A DNA stretch of 64,000 nucleotides from the human T2T-CHM13v2.0 reference genome, Homo sapiens. Each line of letters starts with the position of its first letter. Within the stretch, counting starts at the first letter, position 1. The notes beneath the pieces were generated by a model. That model worked only from the letters and a program-made list of their open reading frames with translations. It searched no databases and had not been told where the DNA came from. Positions 37,775-50,199 of the stretch are shown piece by piece. The stretch is from assembly GCF_009914755.1 (NCBI RefSeq), contig NC_060947.1; one strand, given 5' to 3'. The translations under genes and the position numbers were made by a program.

Positions 37775-37990
37775 CAGCCCTCACCTATATGGTACCTACT
37801 AGCCACATTTGTGACTATCTAAATTTAAGCTTACATGAATTCAAATTGAATACAATTGAAAATTCACTTCCTCAGCCTCACTAGGCACATTTCAAGTGTT
37901 CAATAGCCATGTGTGATGAGTGGCTACTATCCTGGACAGCACAGACATCAAACGTTTCCATCATCTCAGAAAGTTCTATTAGATAAGGCT
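37775..37990. mobile_element. MER3-like hAT-Charlie DNA transposon
   Basis: ctagccacat...cacatttcaagtgttcaatagcca...gtggctactatcctggacagcaca...tttccatcatc...gaaagttctatt. Confidence 0.85.
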
Positions 37991-37999
37991 GAGAGGGAA

Positions 38000-38160
38000 A
38001 GAGCACAATCTGCCTTTGTCACTTAGTAAATGACTTGGGCAAGTTTCTTTACCTCTCTGAGCTCCCTTTTCCTTAGCTGTATGATGAGGATAATCATAGC
38101 TGTCTCACAATGGTTTTGTGTGAGAGAATTTAGGGAGCCCGTGTGTGTAGAAATGCCAAA
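38000..38160 (+). mobile_element. MIR SINE
   Basis: tgacttgggcaagtttctttacctctctgagc...ggataatcatagc...ctcacaatggttttgtg. Confidence 0.7.
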
Positions 38161-38769
38161 GACAGGCCAGTGCTCTACTCCTTGCTTCCTGGGCTCCCCA
38201 AAAGGGAGCTGACTCCTCATCCCTCAACCTGGAGAACCAGTTCAGCTCTTCTTTTCACCAGAATCCTTTCCCTGCTTCCGACTCATCTTCTTTTTCTCAA
38301 AGCTGTTGTAACTGTATTGTTCTCACCTGCTTTGCCCAAGACAGATTCCCCAGTCCTCCCCATCAGTGTTTGGCATTTATTCTGGGTGTTCTACTAGTAA
38401 TGCCCAGCCCCGGTCCTGGGCTTCCTGCTGTTTCTATTGCATCTCCCTAACTCTTACATCCACCCCAACTCAGTGTTTTTGGCCTTCCTCAGCAACCAGG
38501 AATCTAAACCACCCTCCACCCCATAGCACCCTATGGATGACGGAGCCTTAGTTCTTGATGGTGATGCAGACACCTTGAGGTGTGGCCATGACATTCACTC
38601 AGCCCTTGGCCTGGTAGCAGCAATTTTCCCTGATAAGGTCCCCAAACTGACCCTCAGTTGTCCCCTGCAGTCCCATTAGGGCCTGTGGAATTTACGACTT
38701 CCATACACAGCACCAGGAAGTTGAGGATGGCTCCACGTGCTAGCTCAGTCTCTTTGCCCTCTCTCTGCC

Positions 38770-39310
38770 TGTGGCAGATTGTATTTTCCAAAGATGACTG
38801 CACCAAAATATTCCACCCCATGTTATCTTCTTAAATGTGAAGTTCACACTAATTCTTCAAGAAATGGGGCCTCTGTTTACACCTGCTGAATCTTGGCAGG
38901 CCTATAATTATAGTGGTTATGATTCTAGTGATGCTATATGACTTCTGAGACCATAAAAAGACAATACAGCTTCCACCTGGTCCTATTGGAACAGTCATTC
39001 TTGGAACCAAGCCACCATGTTGTGAGAAAACCCAGCCCACATGGGAAGGTCACATGTAGGGATGACAGTCCCCACTGAGCCCCAGCCAATAGCCGGCATC
39101 AACTGCAAGACATGTGAGTAAGCGAACCCTCAGATGATTCCAGCCCCCAGCCTTTGAGCTGCCCCAACTGATGCTTTGTGGAACAGAGAAAAGCTGTCCC
39201 CATTGAGCTCTGCTCAGATTTCACATTTATGGTAAAAATCTATATGGTCCTTACTTTAAGTTACTAAATTTGGGGATGCTTTCTTTACATAGCAGTAGGT
39301 AATTAGAACA
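38770..39310 (+). mobile_element. MaLR solo LTR, MLT1F/G-like
   Basis: tgtggcagattgtattttccaaagatg...gccaccatgttgtgagaaaaccca...cagatgattccagccccc...gtaattagaaca; perfect TSD CTGCC at 38765-38769 and 39311-39315. Confidence 0.92.
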
Positions 39311-39577
39311 CTGCCTGATCAAACTGCACTGCAACTTTTACTCGGCTGCTAACTATATGGCTATAGCCGAGCATCATGGGGCCACCGTGTCTGGCAGTCC
39401 CCACATCCGAGTTCCAAATGCGGAGCACAAAAGTCCCACTGTCACTGATCTTCCCTTCCACTCTCAGAATCTCAGTCTAGTATGGGGAAGCAAGGGTCGA
39501 ACCATGTGCTTCCCCCGTCAGGGCAGATGGTTCTCTTCCTGCCTGGAAGGAATTCCCTCTACATAAAAGCCTCTTTC

Positions 39578-39884
<307 letters not shown>

Positions 39885-40960
39885 TTAAAAAGTGTTCTTC
39901 TTCCCAAGAAAGCAGACATCAGACATCTTTCCCCCTTCATTGGGGCCTTAATTGCAGATGGGACTCTGGAAGAGATACTGACATAAGCATAAAAGTAGGT
40001 CCAAGAATATTTAACCTCTACATAAGAATTCAAATAAGCTATTGACCTTATGAGAGAGTCACAATGATGGACACCTTCAAAGGAAGGAGAAGCACCATGG
40101 AGGGCAGAGGAGAAAGACCATACCTGCTTGACTTGGTGTGAGAGGCATTCTAGATGTTATTGACATCATATAATAGACAGATGACAAGCATAGAAGCTCA
40201 GATTCACAAAATGCCTTAATCTTATTGCCTGCTTAAGATCTATTTATAATATTTTCTCCACATGCAGAGAGAACACTTTCTTCACCTTTCATTCCATTTC
40301 CATATGTTTAATTTTCCTTACCTGCAGGAAGCCCAGATCTGTGGAAGCTCCTCCCTTGAAAGAAATTTGCAATAATTTTATCATTCCTCGCAACAAGTCC
40401 ATCCTCACAGTGAGCTGTCCTTTGACATTTATAAGGATGTGGATTTATCCATAAGCAATCCTATTTACATAGTCTCACTCATGTTCTTTGTCATTATAAT
40501 TGCTAATAACACTATGTTTTAGAATTGGCAGAATGCTTCAATATCAGTGTAGCAGATGCTTATTGGTGTGGCTGCCCAGTCCTTATTCTTTAAAAATTGT
40601 CCATGTCATGCACAGGGTTTGCTTCCATCATACATAATACTCATGTTTTTGCCATATGACTCTACTTTCCTGACTGTAGATGTCTTGCCTGGGGGCAAAT
40701 ACATGATAAAAACTGAATGAGATTCTCTCTCTTCAAAATATGAATAGAGACATCCAGAAGCTGTAAGTTAGTTGTTGAGTTGCATTAATAACAGCATTTT
40801 GGTGGGAAGTTTTATTGTAGATGAGACAGTGAGCTCTGATGTCCAGGCCATTGTTGGGAAACCAAGTTGTGGTCCTGAATGACTACCCAAAGTGTTGGTG
40901 TAGTCTCCTTTCCCATGATCCATACTAATAATAGAGATGACCACAGGTTGGCACATGACC

Positions 40961-41916
40961 TGTCTGAGTTTGGGTTCCCCCAAAAGCAGATCCTGAGAAA
41001 GGAATTTGAATGCAAATAGTTTATTTAGGAAAGACCAATAAGGAAATGAGGAAGCATATTAATCAAGGTTCTTCAGATAAACAGAATAGGATGTTTGTAT
41101 GCAGAGATAGAGATATAGAGAGAGACAGAGATAGAGATAGAGACAGGTTTATTTTAAGGAATTAGCTTACATGATCCTGGGTCCTGGCAAGTATAAAATC
41201 TTCTGGGCAGGCTGACAGGCTGGAGACCCAGGGAAGTGCTGATGTTGCTGTCTGGACTTGCCATAATCCAAGTTGGAAGGCAGTCTGGACGCAGATTCCT
41301 TCTTCCTCTGGGAACCTCAGGATTTTTAAGACCATCAGCTGGTTGTATGAGGCCCATCCACATAACAGGTTTCCCATTATGAAGAGTAATCTGCTATACT
41401 CAAAGTCTACTGATTTAAATATTTATCTCATTCAAAAAAAAAAATACCTTCACAAAACCATCTAGAGTAGTGTTTGTCCAAAAACTGGGTACTACAGAAT
41501 AGCCAAATTGATATATAAAATTAAACATCACAGGAAGTGAGGCAAGGAAGGAAAGGCCACCAATAAAGGGTACATTATCAAGCAGGTTATCACTACAGGC
41601 AAGTGGAACATAATCACACTAGGGAACTCTGGAAGACAATGTAGAAAATACATCTTAGAGCCATTCTACCTGAAGAGTAAGAGAGCTGGGATATTTATCC
41701 ACCCAATCCTGAAGGTCATTGGTTGAGGGTTGCTCTGGGGAATGGGTATCAGTCCTGCAAGCCTCCAGTCCTGCTGCAGGCGTAGTGGGCCACAGCAGCC
41801 AGAAAAAGCCCACAGGCTGCAAGACACAGCTTCCTGCAGTCAGAAATCAGGCTGGCATGCACAGGACTGGTAAATGCTAAGGGGAATGTGGGTGGGGTAC
41901 TCACAGCATCAGCTAC
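40961..41916 (-). mobile_element. ERVL solo LTR, LTR33-like, interrupted by MLT2
   Basis: tgtctgagtttgggttcccccaaaagcagatcctgagaaaggaatttgaatgcaaatagtttattt...[MLT2]...ccaataaagggtacattatcaagcaggtta...gagctgggatatttatccacc. Confidence 0.85.
41055..41532 (-). mobile_element. MLT2-type (ERVL) solo LTR
   Basis: tttattttaaggaattagct...ggcaggctgacaggctggagacccagg...tactcaaagtctactgattt...agccaaattga...aaaattaaacatcaca; TSD GGAAG at 41050-41054 and 41533-41537. Confidence 0.9.
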
Positions 41917-42199
41917 TTTGTCATAATCCAGAGAAAGATGATCTTTGTGACGTTAGATAATAATTAAAGAGACAAGGACCCCTCTGCATCATTCAACTGA
42001 AGATGTGTTACTCTGTACTCACTCTCTTAGTTCTTAAGATCTCACAGACCTGTTGGCAAGTATACTCCAGGACAGCAGGAGGAGACAGCATGAGAGAAGA
42101 GAAGCAGCTGAGGTCTTTGGTTCTCACAGGTATCTCCTTTCCTCACACTCAATGACTTTTTCCAACCTCATTCAACATGTAAATTGAGAGACAGAATAG

Positions 42200-42715
42200 A
42201 ATTGTGCCCAACACTGCCTACCCACTACCCACTATCGATTTGCTCCTTACACTAATAGAACCCCCATTATGTCTGGTGTGATGATGTACTTAGTTAAACT
42301 ACTTCTTCCCAAACTCTCTTGCATTTATGCACAAGCACGTGACCCAGTTTTGCTCAAAGAGACGTAGGTAAAAGTTGCTGAGTAGTACTCCCAGGAAAGG
42401 TTTTTGGTTTTGTTTTGCTAAAGGGAAAGACCTGGCAGAAGTGAACCCTTTGATTCTTTTCTTTAACTCTTATCCTATTATTTTGCCTGGGACACGGTCA
42501 CAATGTTGAGAGGTGGAGCAGCCACTATCTGGCCATCTGAGGTTGGCAGAACCAGAAGTGAAAAACAGTCTATATTCCTGAATTTCCTGAGCAAATGCAT
42601 CAGGACTAGGCTGCCTATCTCAAAACTTCTTATTTATGGAAGAAAAATAAAGCCTTTTGTGCTTAAGCCCCTGGAGTCTGGTTTTGTTCTATGCAGCCAA
42701 ATGTAATCCAGGCTG
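42200..42715 (+). mobile_element. MaLR solo LTR, old MLT1
   Basis: ttcccaaactctcttgca...cacgtgacccagtttt...ggagcagccactatct...aaataaagcc...ttaagcc...gttctatgcagccaaa. Confidence 0.7.
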
Positions 42716-42759
42716 ATGGAAAGTAATTGGAAGAATGAACAGCTTATTAATTGCAATTA

Positions 42760-42900
42760 TTATTTATATTATTTCTCTATACCCCCTGCCAGAATATAAG
42801 CTTCATGAAGGTAATCATTGTGTTTGTTTACTACTATTCACTAATATTGGGCACTGTAGACATTCAATAAATTCTTGCTGAATTAATGAATAAATGAACA
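42760..42900 (+). mobile_element. L2 3' end
   Basis: ccagaatataagcttcatgaagg...cattcaataaattcttgctgaattaatgaa. Confidence 0.7.
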
Positions 42901-43049
42901 AAGAATGGCACTCATCTTTGACTGCTTAATTTACATTGTTTAGTTCCCCAGTGAGAGCATTCATCAGGTGCTGAGACCCAGGCTTCTTTGGCATCCTTCA
43001 AAGCACACATCACAATGGCAAAACATACCTGAATGAAAGAATGACTGAT

Positions 43050-43190
43050 GGTCACAGGCTTCAATCCCAGCTCAGTCAGTTATCAGCTGTGTCACCTTGG
43101 GCGAGTCACTTACTCTTTCTGAGCCTATTTCCTCTTCTTTAAAGTGAGAAGAACACTTACTTCACAGAGTTGTTGTGGGTATAGGAACAA
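43050..43190 (+). mobile_element. MIR SINE
   Basis: ttcaatcccagctc...agctgtgtcaccttgggcgagtcactt...ctgagcctatttcctc. Confidence 0.8.
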
Positions 43191-43196
43191 TATATA

Positions 43197-43350
43197 TGTC
43201 TCAGATTGGGTACTCTAAAAAGCAGAGGACTTGGTTATGGGTAGTTTACTTGGGGGGTAAGCTCAAGGAGCTAAGAGAGAGAAACGGGGGACAGAAGAGA
43301 AGTCATGACACAAATGGATTACTGAAGTCTTTGATATAGGCAATGGGGGC
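43197..43350 (-). mobile_element. LTR33-like fragment
   Basis: tgtctcagattgggtactctaaaaagcaga...gtagtttacttggggg. Confidence 0.5.
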
Positions 43351-43489
43351 TTGATATGACTCTGAACTCATACAGATGGGTCCATCTCCACTGGGGTAGA
43401 TATCAAAGTTGCTCCAAGATGCAACTTGGGGCCCCAAAGCATCTGCTATCATGTGTAAAGTACCTGACCCTTTATAACCATCAAAATGG

Positions 43490-44110
43490 CCAAAACTAAA
43501 AAGGTGAACATACCAAGCGTTGATGAAGATGTGGGGAGGGGAGTATTCGTGCATGGCTGTGGGGTGTGTAATGAGTGCAGGCTTTTTAAAAAACAATCTG
43601 GCTTGTCTCAGTGAAATTTAGTTGGTACATGCGCTATGATCTGGTGACCTCCCACATCCCAGGCATACAGCTTAGAGGAACTGACTCATGTACAGGTTTA
43701 TAAGGACATCTTTATTCAGATGTTCACTGAGCTTGTTGGTGACAACCTGGAGGAAAGTTAGATACAAACTGAGTGTCCATTTTTAAAGGAATGGATAAGG
43801 AAACTAAGGTGGATGCACCTTATGAAATACCATGCAGCAGCAAAAAGCAACATACAAAATGGACATACAACAATGGCAATAGTTCTTCATGATAATGCAT
43901 TGAGTGAAAAAAAGGTAAGAAAATAAATGAGATTTGTAACATGATGCCAATTATGGAAACTAAAATCCCACTCACAAAAAGGCTTTGCCTATTTGACAGG
44001 GATGCCTGCATATATCAGGACACATACCAAGGACACAGAGGGGATGCTTGTATGGGGGTGGGGCACGAAGGTGAGGACTGGGGATGATGGAGGTGGGGTG
44101 GGGGTGGAAG
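43490..44110 (+). mobile_element. Ancient LINE-1 (L1M/L1ME-type) 3' region
   Basis: taccaagcgttgatgaagatgtgg...gaatggataa...aatgcattgagtgaaaaaa...atgatgcca. Confidence 0.65.
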
Positions 44111-44399
44111 AGGAAATAAAACACAAGCAGGGCCTTCATAGACCAGGGTTTATTATGTGCTATGAACTGAGGAGTATGATTAATCATCTTCTCGTACCAG
44201 AAAGCCTAAACAGGTTTTTTAAAGTAAATAAAGTGCCTGGAACACCATAGGTGTTCAATAAATGGTTGCTAAAAATGTGACTGAAGGGACAATTGGGCAA
44301 TTTCCCACAAAGACCTGCCATGTTCCCTAGAAACTAGAAGGCTGCAAAAGAATGGCTTTCTCCACCTCTTGCCTCATAACTAGGGGGGGTTAATATTGG

Positions 44400-44818
44400 G
44401 TGAGTGGACTCTGTCAATTTGGATGGGGAAAAATCATATTTATTTGCACTAACCTCTGACTGCAGTTTAGCATGTCCATAGTTGTATTAGTGATATCTAT
44501 GAGTTTATCACAAAGAGAAATCATAGATATTTTTTCATCACGTTATAGTTGTTGCAGATATCTTGAAATATGCTCAGCACTATATGGAAATTATAGTAGT
44601 TATTAGACTTGCCAGTAGATCATATTTAATGCATTAGTAAATGTGCATTTATCACATATCTGGCTTTTTTTATTACTGTATTTCAACATCATTAGTTTCT
44701 TTTGTGATTCTCTGTATTTTATTTCATGTGCTTAAGACTATTATTCTGAGAAAAGGTCTATAGGCTTTACCAGATGCCAAAGGGGTTCAATGGCATGGCA
44801 AAGGTTAAGACTCACCCC
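44400..44818. mobile_element. hAT-Charlie DNA transposon, MER113-like
   Basis: ttattctgagaaaaggtctataggctttaccagatgccaaaggggttcaatggca...aaaggttaaga. Confidence 0.7.
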
Positions 44819-45494
44819 TAAATAAGTTTTATCAGTACTTCTTTAAGTCACAAGGATTGGTGAGAAAATGCACTATTAGACTTTCCATTGCACCATCCTC
44901 ACTGGCCAAGAAGGAGTTAAATGGTGTCCCCAGCACTGTATTGTCATCCAGCTGGTGCTGGTGCCAAAGCGGCTAGTGCCTGTCCTTCCTGTAGGGACAA
45001 GGGAGGAGAGGAGCAAAGGAAAGGAAGGAAAGAGGAGGGAAAAGGAGAAAAGAAATGAAAAGATAATTTCTCCTGCTTTTTCACATCACTGAATTGAACT
45101 TTGCTTTTAATAAAAGCATTATTAAATAGAAATGGCATTCTCATTATTTTGCATTTAGGTGATATTCAGAAACATGGTCCCAGTAATTATTTGTGCTGGG
45201 CAGGGCCAGCACATTCTCTTTTCCTGAGTACAGTTGAACCAGCATGTCTTCTTCCAGGGCAGCCTTTCCCAAGGCTATGGAGAGATGTAAACAGTCTCTA
45301 CTGTTTCTCCCCACTTACATCCATGAAACCAATAGGCACCCTTAATCAGGCCCAGAGTTCACACACTGGGCATGTGGTACCTGACACTTGATATAGAGAA
45401 ATATTTCACCTCCATAATTTATAATGTTTTCATCAGAAGGCATCCCAGAAATAAAGGCTCTCTTCTTTATACACATCACAGCTAATCAGACCAG

Positions 45495-45967
45495 TGCTTA
45501 GTTTTGGTTCTCCCTGAGGCACACCACTACACAGCATTCAAGTGTAGCTAGTTTATTTGGGAAATGCAGGAAATACCTGGAAGGACATGGAGCAGTGAGA
45601 CAGGGAAGGGAGGGCAGACAATGACAGGTGCATTATCAATCCAGGTACCACAGTGGGTGACTGGGTCTCGATCTCCTGGGGAAGCTCTGGGAAAGGGTGT
45701 AGAGCATGTGCCTCAGAGTTATCCCATCTAAGGGGTGAGGGAGGTGGGGTATTTATACATGAACCCCCATAGTCACTTCTTGTGAGCTGCTTCCAGGGGA
45801 TATTACTTCCTCAGTGCTTCCAGCTTTCACAAGGAAAGCCACTTTTCACAGTTTTGAAAATATCCTTGGGCATAGATCTGCAGACACTGGCTGTTGAGGG
45901 TTAGAGGGAGCCAACTGAATTGGGAAAGAGGGAGGGGCACTGGTGGGGTGCTGATGGCATCTGCTAC
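45495..45967 (-). mobile_element. ERVL solo LTR, LTR33-like
   Basis: tagtttatttggga...gtgagacagggaaggga...gtgtagagcatgtgcctcagagttatcccatctaaggggtgagggaggtggggtatttatac. Confidence 0.85.
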
Positions 45968-47319
45968 TGACCTAATGTTGGTAAGCCATCTGCTGCTCTC
46001 CAGTGTAACAACCTCTTCACCTCTCCCCATCTCAGTTTCTCCATCTCTGCAAGAGGCCAAGGCTCTTCAAAAGTTGCAAACCAAAGCCCTGAGAACCAAA
46101 TGAGGTACTTGGGTGGATTTTGTGTGGCCTTCATGGCTTTTAAAAAATTTTTAAATTGAATCAACTTCTCAAAATCACGAACTTTTGCATGAAAACATGA
46201 CTATTTATGTTCTCTAGAAAAATATTTGGCAACACTAGACCCCAAACTAGATGATCCCCAATGCCATATGGTTCTGAGAATCTAGACGTTCCTCTTTCCT
46301 GCCAAAGTAAAATGGTTTAAGGGAAACCTTTCACGGCTTGTGGGCAGATTCTCTCCTGTCCCTGTTTTCTGAAAGGTTTTTGGTTCAGAGTGTTTTTGTT
46401 TGTTTATTTTGTGCGTGGTTTGGGGGTTTTGTGGTTGTGATTTTTGTATAGGACAATGCAATTTTCTGCCTTTTCACATAGCTGAGGAGTGGGGAATTTT
46501 TGGTTTTAAAAAATCCAGGTAGCCTCAGCCTGCCCTGCCAGGGTTTTAGAGCCAGTATGTTGTAGCATCAGCTGGCAAGCCGGCTGCTTGCAGGGAAGGC
46601 CCAGCCATCTGTTCCCGGAGACGGTGAGAGAGCCATCTTCCTTCCTCCACACCTGCCCTGAAACACAGGCCCAGAGACATTTTATAACCCAGAAACAGCT
46701 CTTGTCTGTGCCAAATATAGGACCTCAAATTCCTCTGCTCTTTCCTGTATTCTCCATTGGCTCCTTGTTGGTTATCTCCAGCTCAAAGAATCTCTCCAGC
46801 TACCGGGTTCCAGCCAAATGCCAGAGGCCACCAACTGTGCCTATCAACAGAAGTGGGAGTCAAGGGCTCTCAGCCCCGTTGCTGAGCTGCCCTGGGAGTC
46901 AGCAGCTGATGACACGGGCTGTCCCCTGATTGCCAATCTAGATGGCGCTTTGAAACATCCCATCCCCGGTGATCCCCTCAAAGGCAGCTGTGATTAGTTT
47001 AGTCTCCGAAGTCTTTGAGAAAAACCTCAGTGACTTTGAATAATAATAAGAAAGCCCACCTAAAAGCATAGAAAGTCTGAATCCAAGGGTCTTTTTGAAC
47101 AAAATGAAGTTTTATTCATTTCACATGCATGAAATAAGGGCTAACAGGATGGTCAAGGAGCAACTTTGACTTAATGAATGGATAAGAATCATCGATTGGG
47201 TCACTGTCTTGTCTTTTTTTTTTTTTTTTTAACAACAGAAATGGGTACTGTTAAAATGATTTTCAGGTCCATAGAAACAATCTGAATTCTTGACCTAGCT
47301 GGGAGTTGCCTTTTAAAGT

Positions 47320-47570
47320 GTGATTGAGAATATGGCTCTGGCATCAATCAGACTGCTGGGGTTCTGAATCCAGGCTCTCCCATTCATTAGCTGTGTGACC
47401 TTGGGCAGGCCTTGACCTCTCTGTGCCTCAAAGTAATCGCCTGCAAAATGGAGAGAATAATAGGACCTTCCTCACAGTGTTGCTTTGAAGATTAAATGAG
47501 ACATCCACGAAGAGCACTCCAGACAGTACCTCGTTCAGAGTCAGAACTCAGTAAATGTTATATATTATTG
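47320..47570 (+). mobile_element. MIR SINE, near full-length
   Basis: cagactgctggggttctgaatcc...agctgtgtgaccttgggcagg...ctctctgtgcctca...gattaaatgag...ctcagtaaatgtta. Confidence 0.9.
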
Positions 47571-48229
47571 TTGTGTTATTATGAATGATTTTTTTTCAAG
47601 GATAGTGCCAAGATTCACATCAGTTCTAGTTCTCCGTGACAAAAAAATAAATCCAAATTTCTGAATAGTGGGGTCTGAATTGATGAGCTCTTACCAGCAT
47701 CTTGCTTTTCTCCGGGTCCTTGTCACAGTAAATCTGATAAGAAATGCAGGGGGTGTGCTCTCAGCAGACAAAAGCCCGCGGTGGGGCTGCTCTGCATTGG
47801 CTGCCGGCCTGAGGTTGAGAGGAGGGCAAGCTTGCCCCAGTGCAGCCGGCCTCTGTACAGTGCCCATGGGCCCAAGGAATTTGTGTATTCAGCTGGCCTC
47901 TCAGCACCTCCCTGCTCATTCGCAGGTGGAGGTGAAACATCAGAATTCAATGTTTTGTCACCTTGTGAAATTATGAGACTCCATTCCAGTTGCGTTTGTA
48001 TCATCAGAGCACAACGGACACGTGGGGTAATTGCTGTTGCTGGGTTACTCCTTGTAAGTTCAAACAGTTTCACATGCTGAATGACAATATGTTTGCCGTG
48101 ACCTGGGTAAATTAAAACAATGCTTCCTGCCTAGGTAGACTTTGACGTGATTCAGTCCATCTGCTTCTGATGAAGGTAATACTTCAGTAAAGCAAGAAAT
48201 CCAAACACACAGTGCTACCTCGACGTTTG

Positions 48230-48850
48230 GTTTTCCTTCCTGTCTTCCTTCCCTCCCTCCCTCCTTCTTTTCTCTTTCCTTTTCTTCTTCCTTCTTCCCT
48301 CCCTCTTTTCCTCCTCTTCGTCCTTTTTCCCCTTCCCTGTGCCGTCCTTCATTTCCTCTATTTTCCCTTCCCTCCCTTCTTCTTTCCTTCCTTCTTCCGT
48401 CCTTTGCTCCTCCCCCCTTTCTCCCTCTTTCTCCCTCTTCCTTATTTCCCTCCCTCCCTCTTTACCTGTCTCCCTCTTTCCCTTCCCTTCTTCCTTCCAT
48501 TCCTCTCTTCTTCCTTTTTTCCTTCTTTCCCTTCTTCCTTTTCTCCCTTCCTCCCTCTTTTCTTTTTCTTCTCTCCCTTTTCCTTCCTTCCTTTCTTCTC
48601 TCCATCTCTTCCTCTTCCTCCTTCTTTTCCTTCTTTCCCTTCTTCCATTTCTCCCTTCCTCCCTCTTTTCCTTTTCTTCCCTCCCTTTTCCTTCCTTTCT
48701 TTCTTCTCTCCATCTCTTCCTCTTCCTCCTTCTTTTCCTCTTTCCTTCCTTCCCTACCCTTTCCTTCCCTCCCTCCCTCTTTTTTTCCTTCTTCTCTCTC
48801 TTCCTTTCTTCTTTCCTATTTTTCTTCCTTTCCCTGTCATTTTCTTTCCT
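48230..48850. repeat. Homopyrimidine (CT-rich) tract of ~620 bp with an internal 108-bp tandem duplication
   Basis: read directly; ccatctcttcc recurs at 48602 and 48710 (period 108). Confidence 0.97.
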
Positions 48851-49317
48851 AAGAGGAGAAACACCAGTTCTCAGCCGCTCTGCGTTCTTGGCGCCAGACG
48901 CTATTCTCCATGTGTACACAAGTCTGAGTCCTGTGTCCAAACATAAGACAGAAACGTGATCAGGGCTGGGGAGAGAGTGGGGGGTGGGGAGAGGACAGGA
49001 CTTGACAGGTCTTCTGCATCCCAAGTCTCCAAGATGCAAAGGTAAAGTCAGGCTCTTTCCTTAAAGGTTACATTTCACATTTTAATTGCCTCATGTGGAG
49101 GCTGCTCCAAGCTGGGGCTCCCCTAGCCTGCTTGGCAGCCCTCCCAGCTAGCTGATGCTTAGGTTTCCTGTGGAATGCCTTGCCCCTCCCTCCAGTGCCA
49201 TGAGAATTGGGGCAAGAACACAACAAATGCCAATGAGTGGAGCACTAAGTGAGGCTGCAGTACTAGAGGGATCTCGTTCTAGCCCTTCATGCTTACACCG
49301 ACTAGAGTAGATGCTTC

Positions 49318-49945
49318 TGCCAGTTACTATTGCTATTTAACAAACCACCCTAAGACTTAGAGACTTAAAACAATGTTATTGTCTCTTCGGTTCTGTGAAT
49401 AGAGTGGACTCAGCCGGATGTTTTTCACTTGGGATCTCTCCAGCCATCATAGCCAGGTGGTGGCTGGAGCTGGAGTCTTCTGGAGGTTCAACAAGGCTGG
49501 ACTTCCGTGATTTTTTCTTGCTTTTGTTTTCGTTTTAGTCAGAAAAACATTTATCTTGGTATCATGTCTTTTTCAAAAGTGGGAGGATGCAATTCTAGAC
49601 CAGTGGCTGGCTGTTGACTGGGAGCTGAGCTGGAGCTGTCCAGTAGAGTGCCTAAGCATGACTACTCCACAGGGCTCAGGCTTCTCTCAGCATGGATACT
49701 GGATTCTGAGACTGTCCTGAGGATCTTGAGAGGCTGAACATTCCAAGCACAAGCATTCAAGAAACGTTCCAGGGGAATCAGGAAGAAACTTCATGACCTT
49801 TTGTGACCCAGCCTAGAAGTCACATAGTATTGGTTTCTCCATAATCAATTGTTCAAAGCAGTCACAAGCCCACCCAGATTCTAGAGGAGAGGGCATAATA
49901 GATGCCACTGTGCAATGGGAAGAGTGCCAAAGAATATGGGGGACA
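49318..49945 (-). mobile_element. MaLR solo LTR, old MLT1 (K/L-like), carrying a foreign ~90-bp insert
   Basis: cagttactattgct...aacaaaccaccctaagacttag...gctggagctggagtc...gacccagcctagaagtcacatag...gtcacaagcccacccagattc. Confidence 0.8.
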
Positions 49946-50199
49946 TATTTAAACATGGCTACAGTGTTTAAAAAAAGAAAAACACTTTGCTTATTTTACT
50001 TAATTTAAAAGTCCTGATTATGCCAACATCTAAAACACCAACCTGTTTCTGCTACTATGTCTGGGGGGTGGAGGGGAAGTGCAGCATTTGAAAAGAGTAA
50101 TGGATGTCACACTTTTAATATTTCAGTTGTCCTTTTAGGTCTCAGGTGACAAACCAGAAGTCCCCAATATAAATGGAGCCTGACATGGGCTTTACAAAG

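Noticed and set aside
48212-49039. Longest ORFs in the window (244, 274 and 206 aa)
   Set aside because: They are open only because the C/T tract lacks stop codons. The translations are low-complexity F/L/P/S or R/K/E/G strings with no domain.
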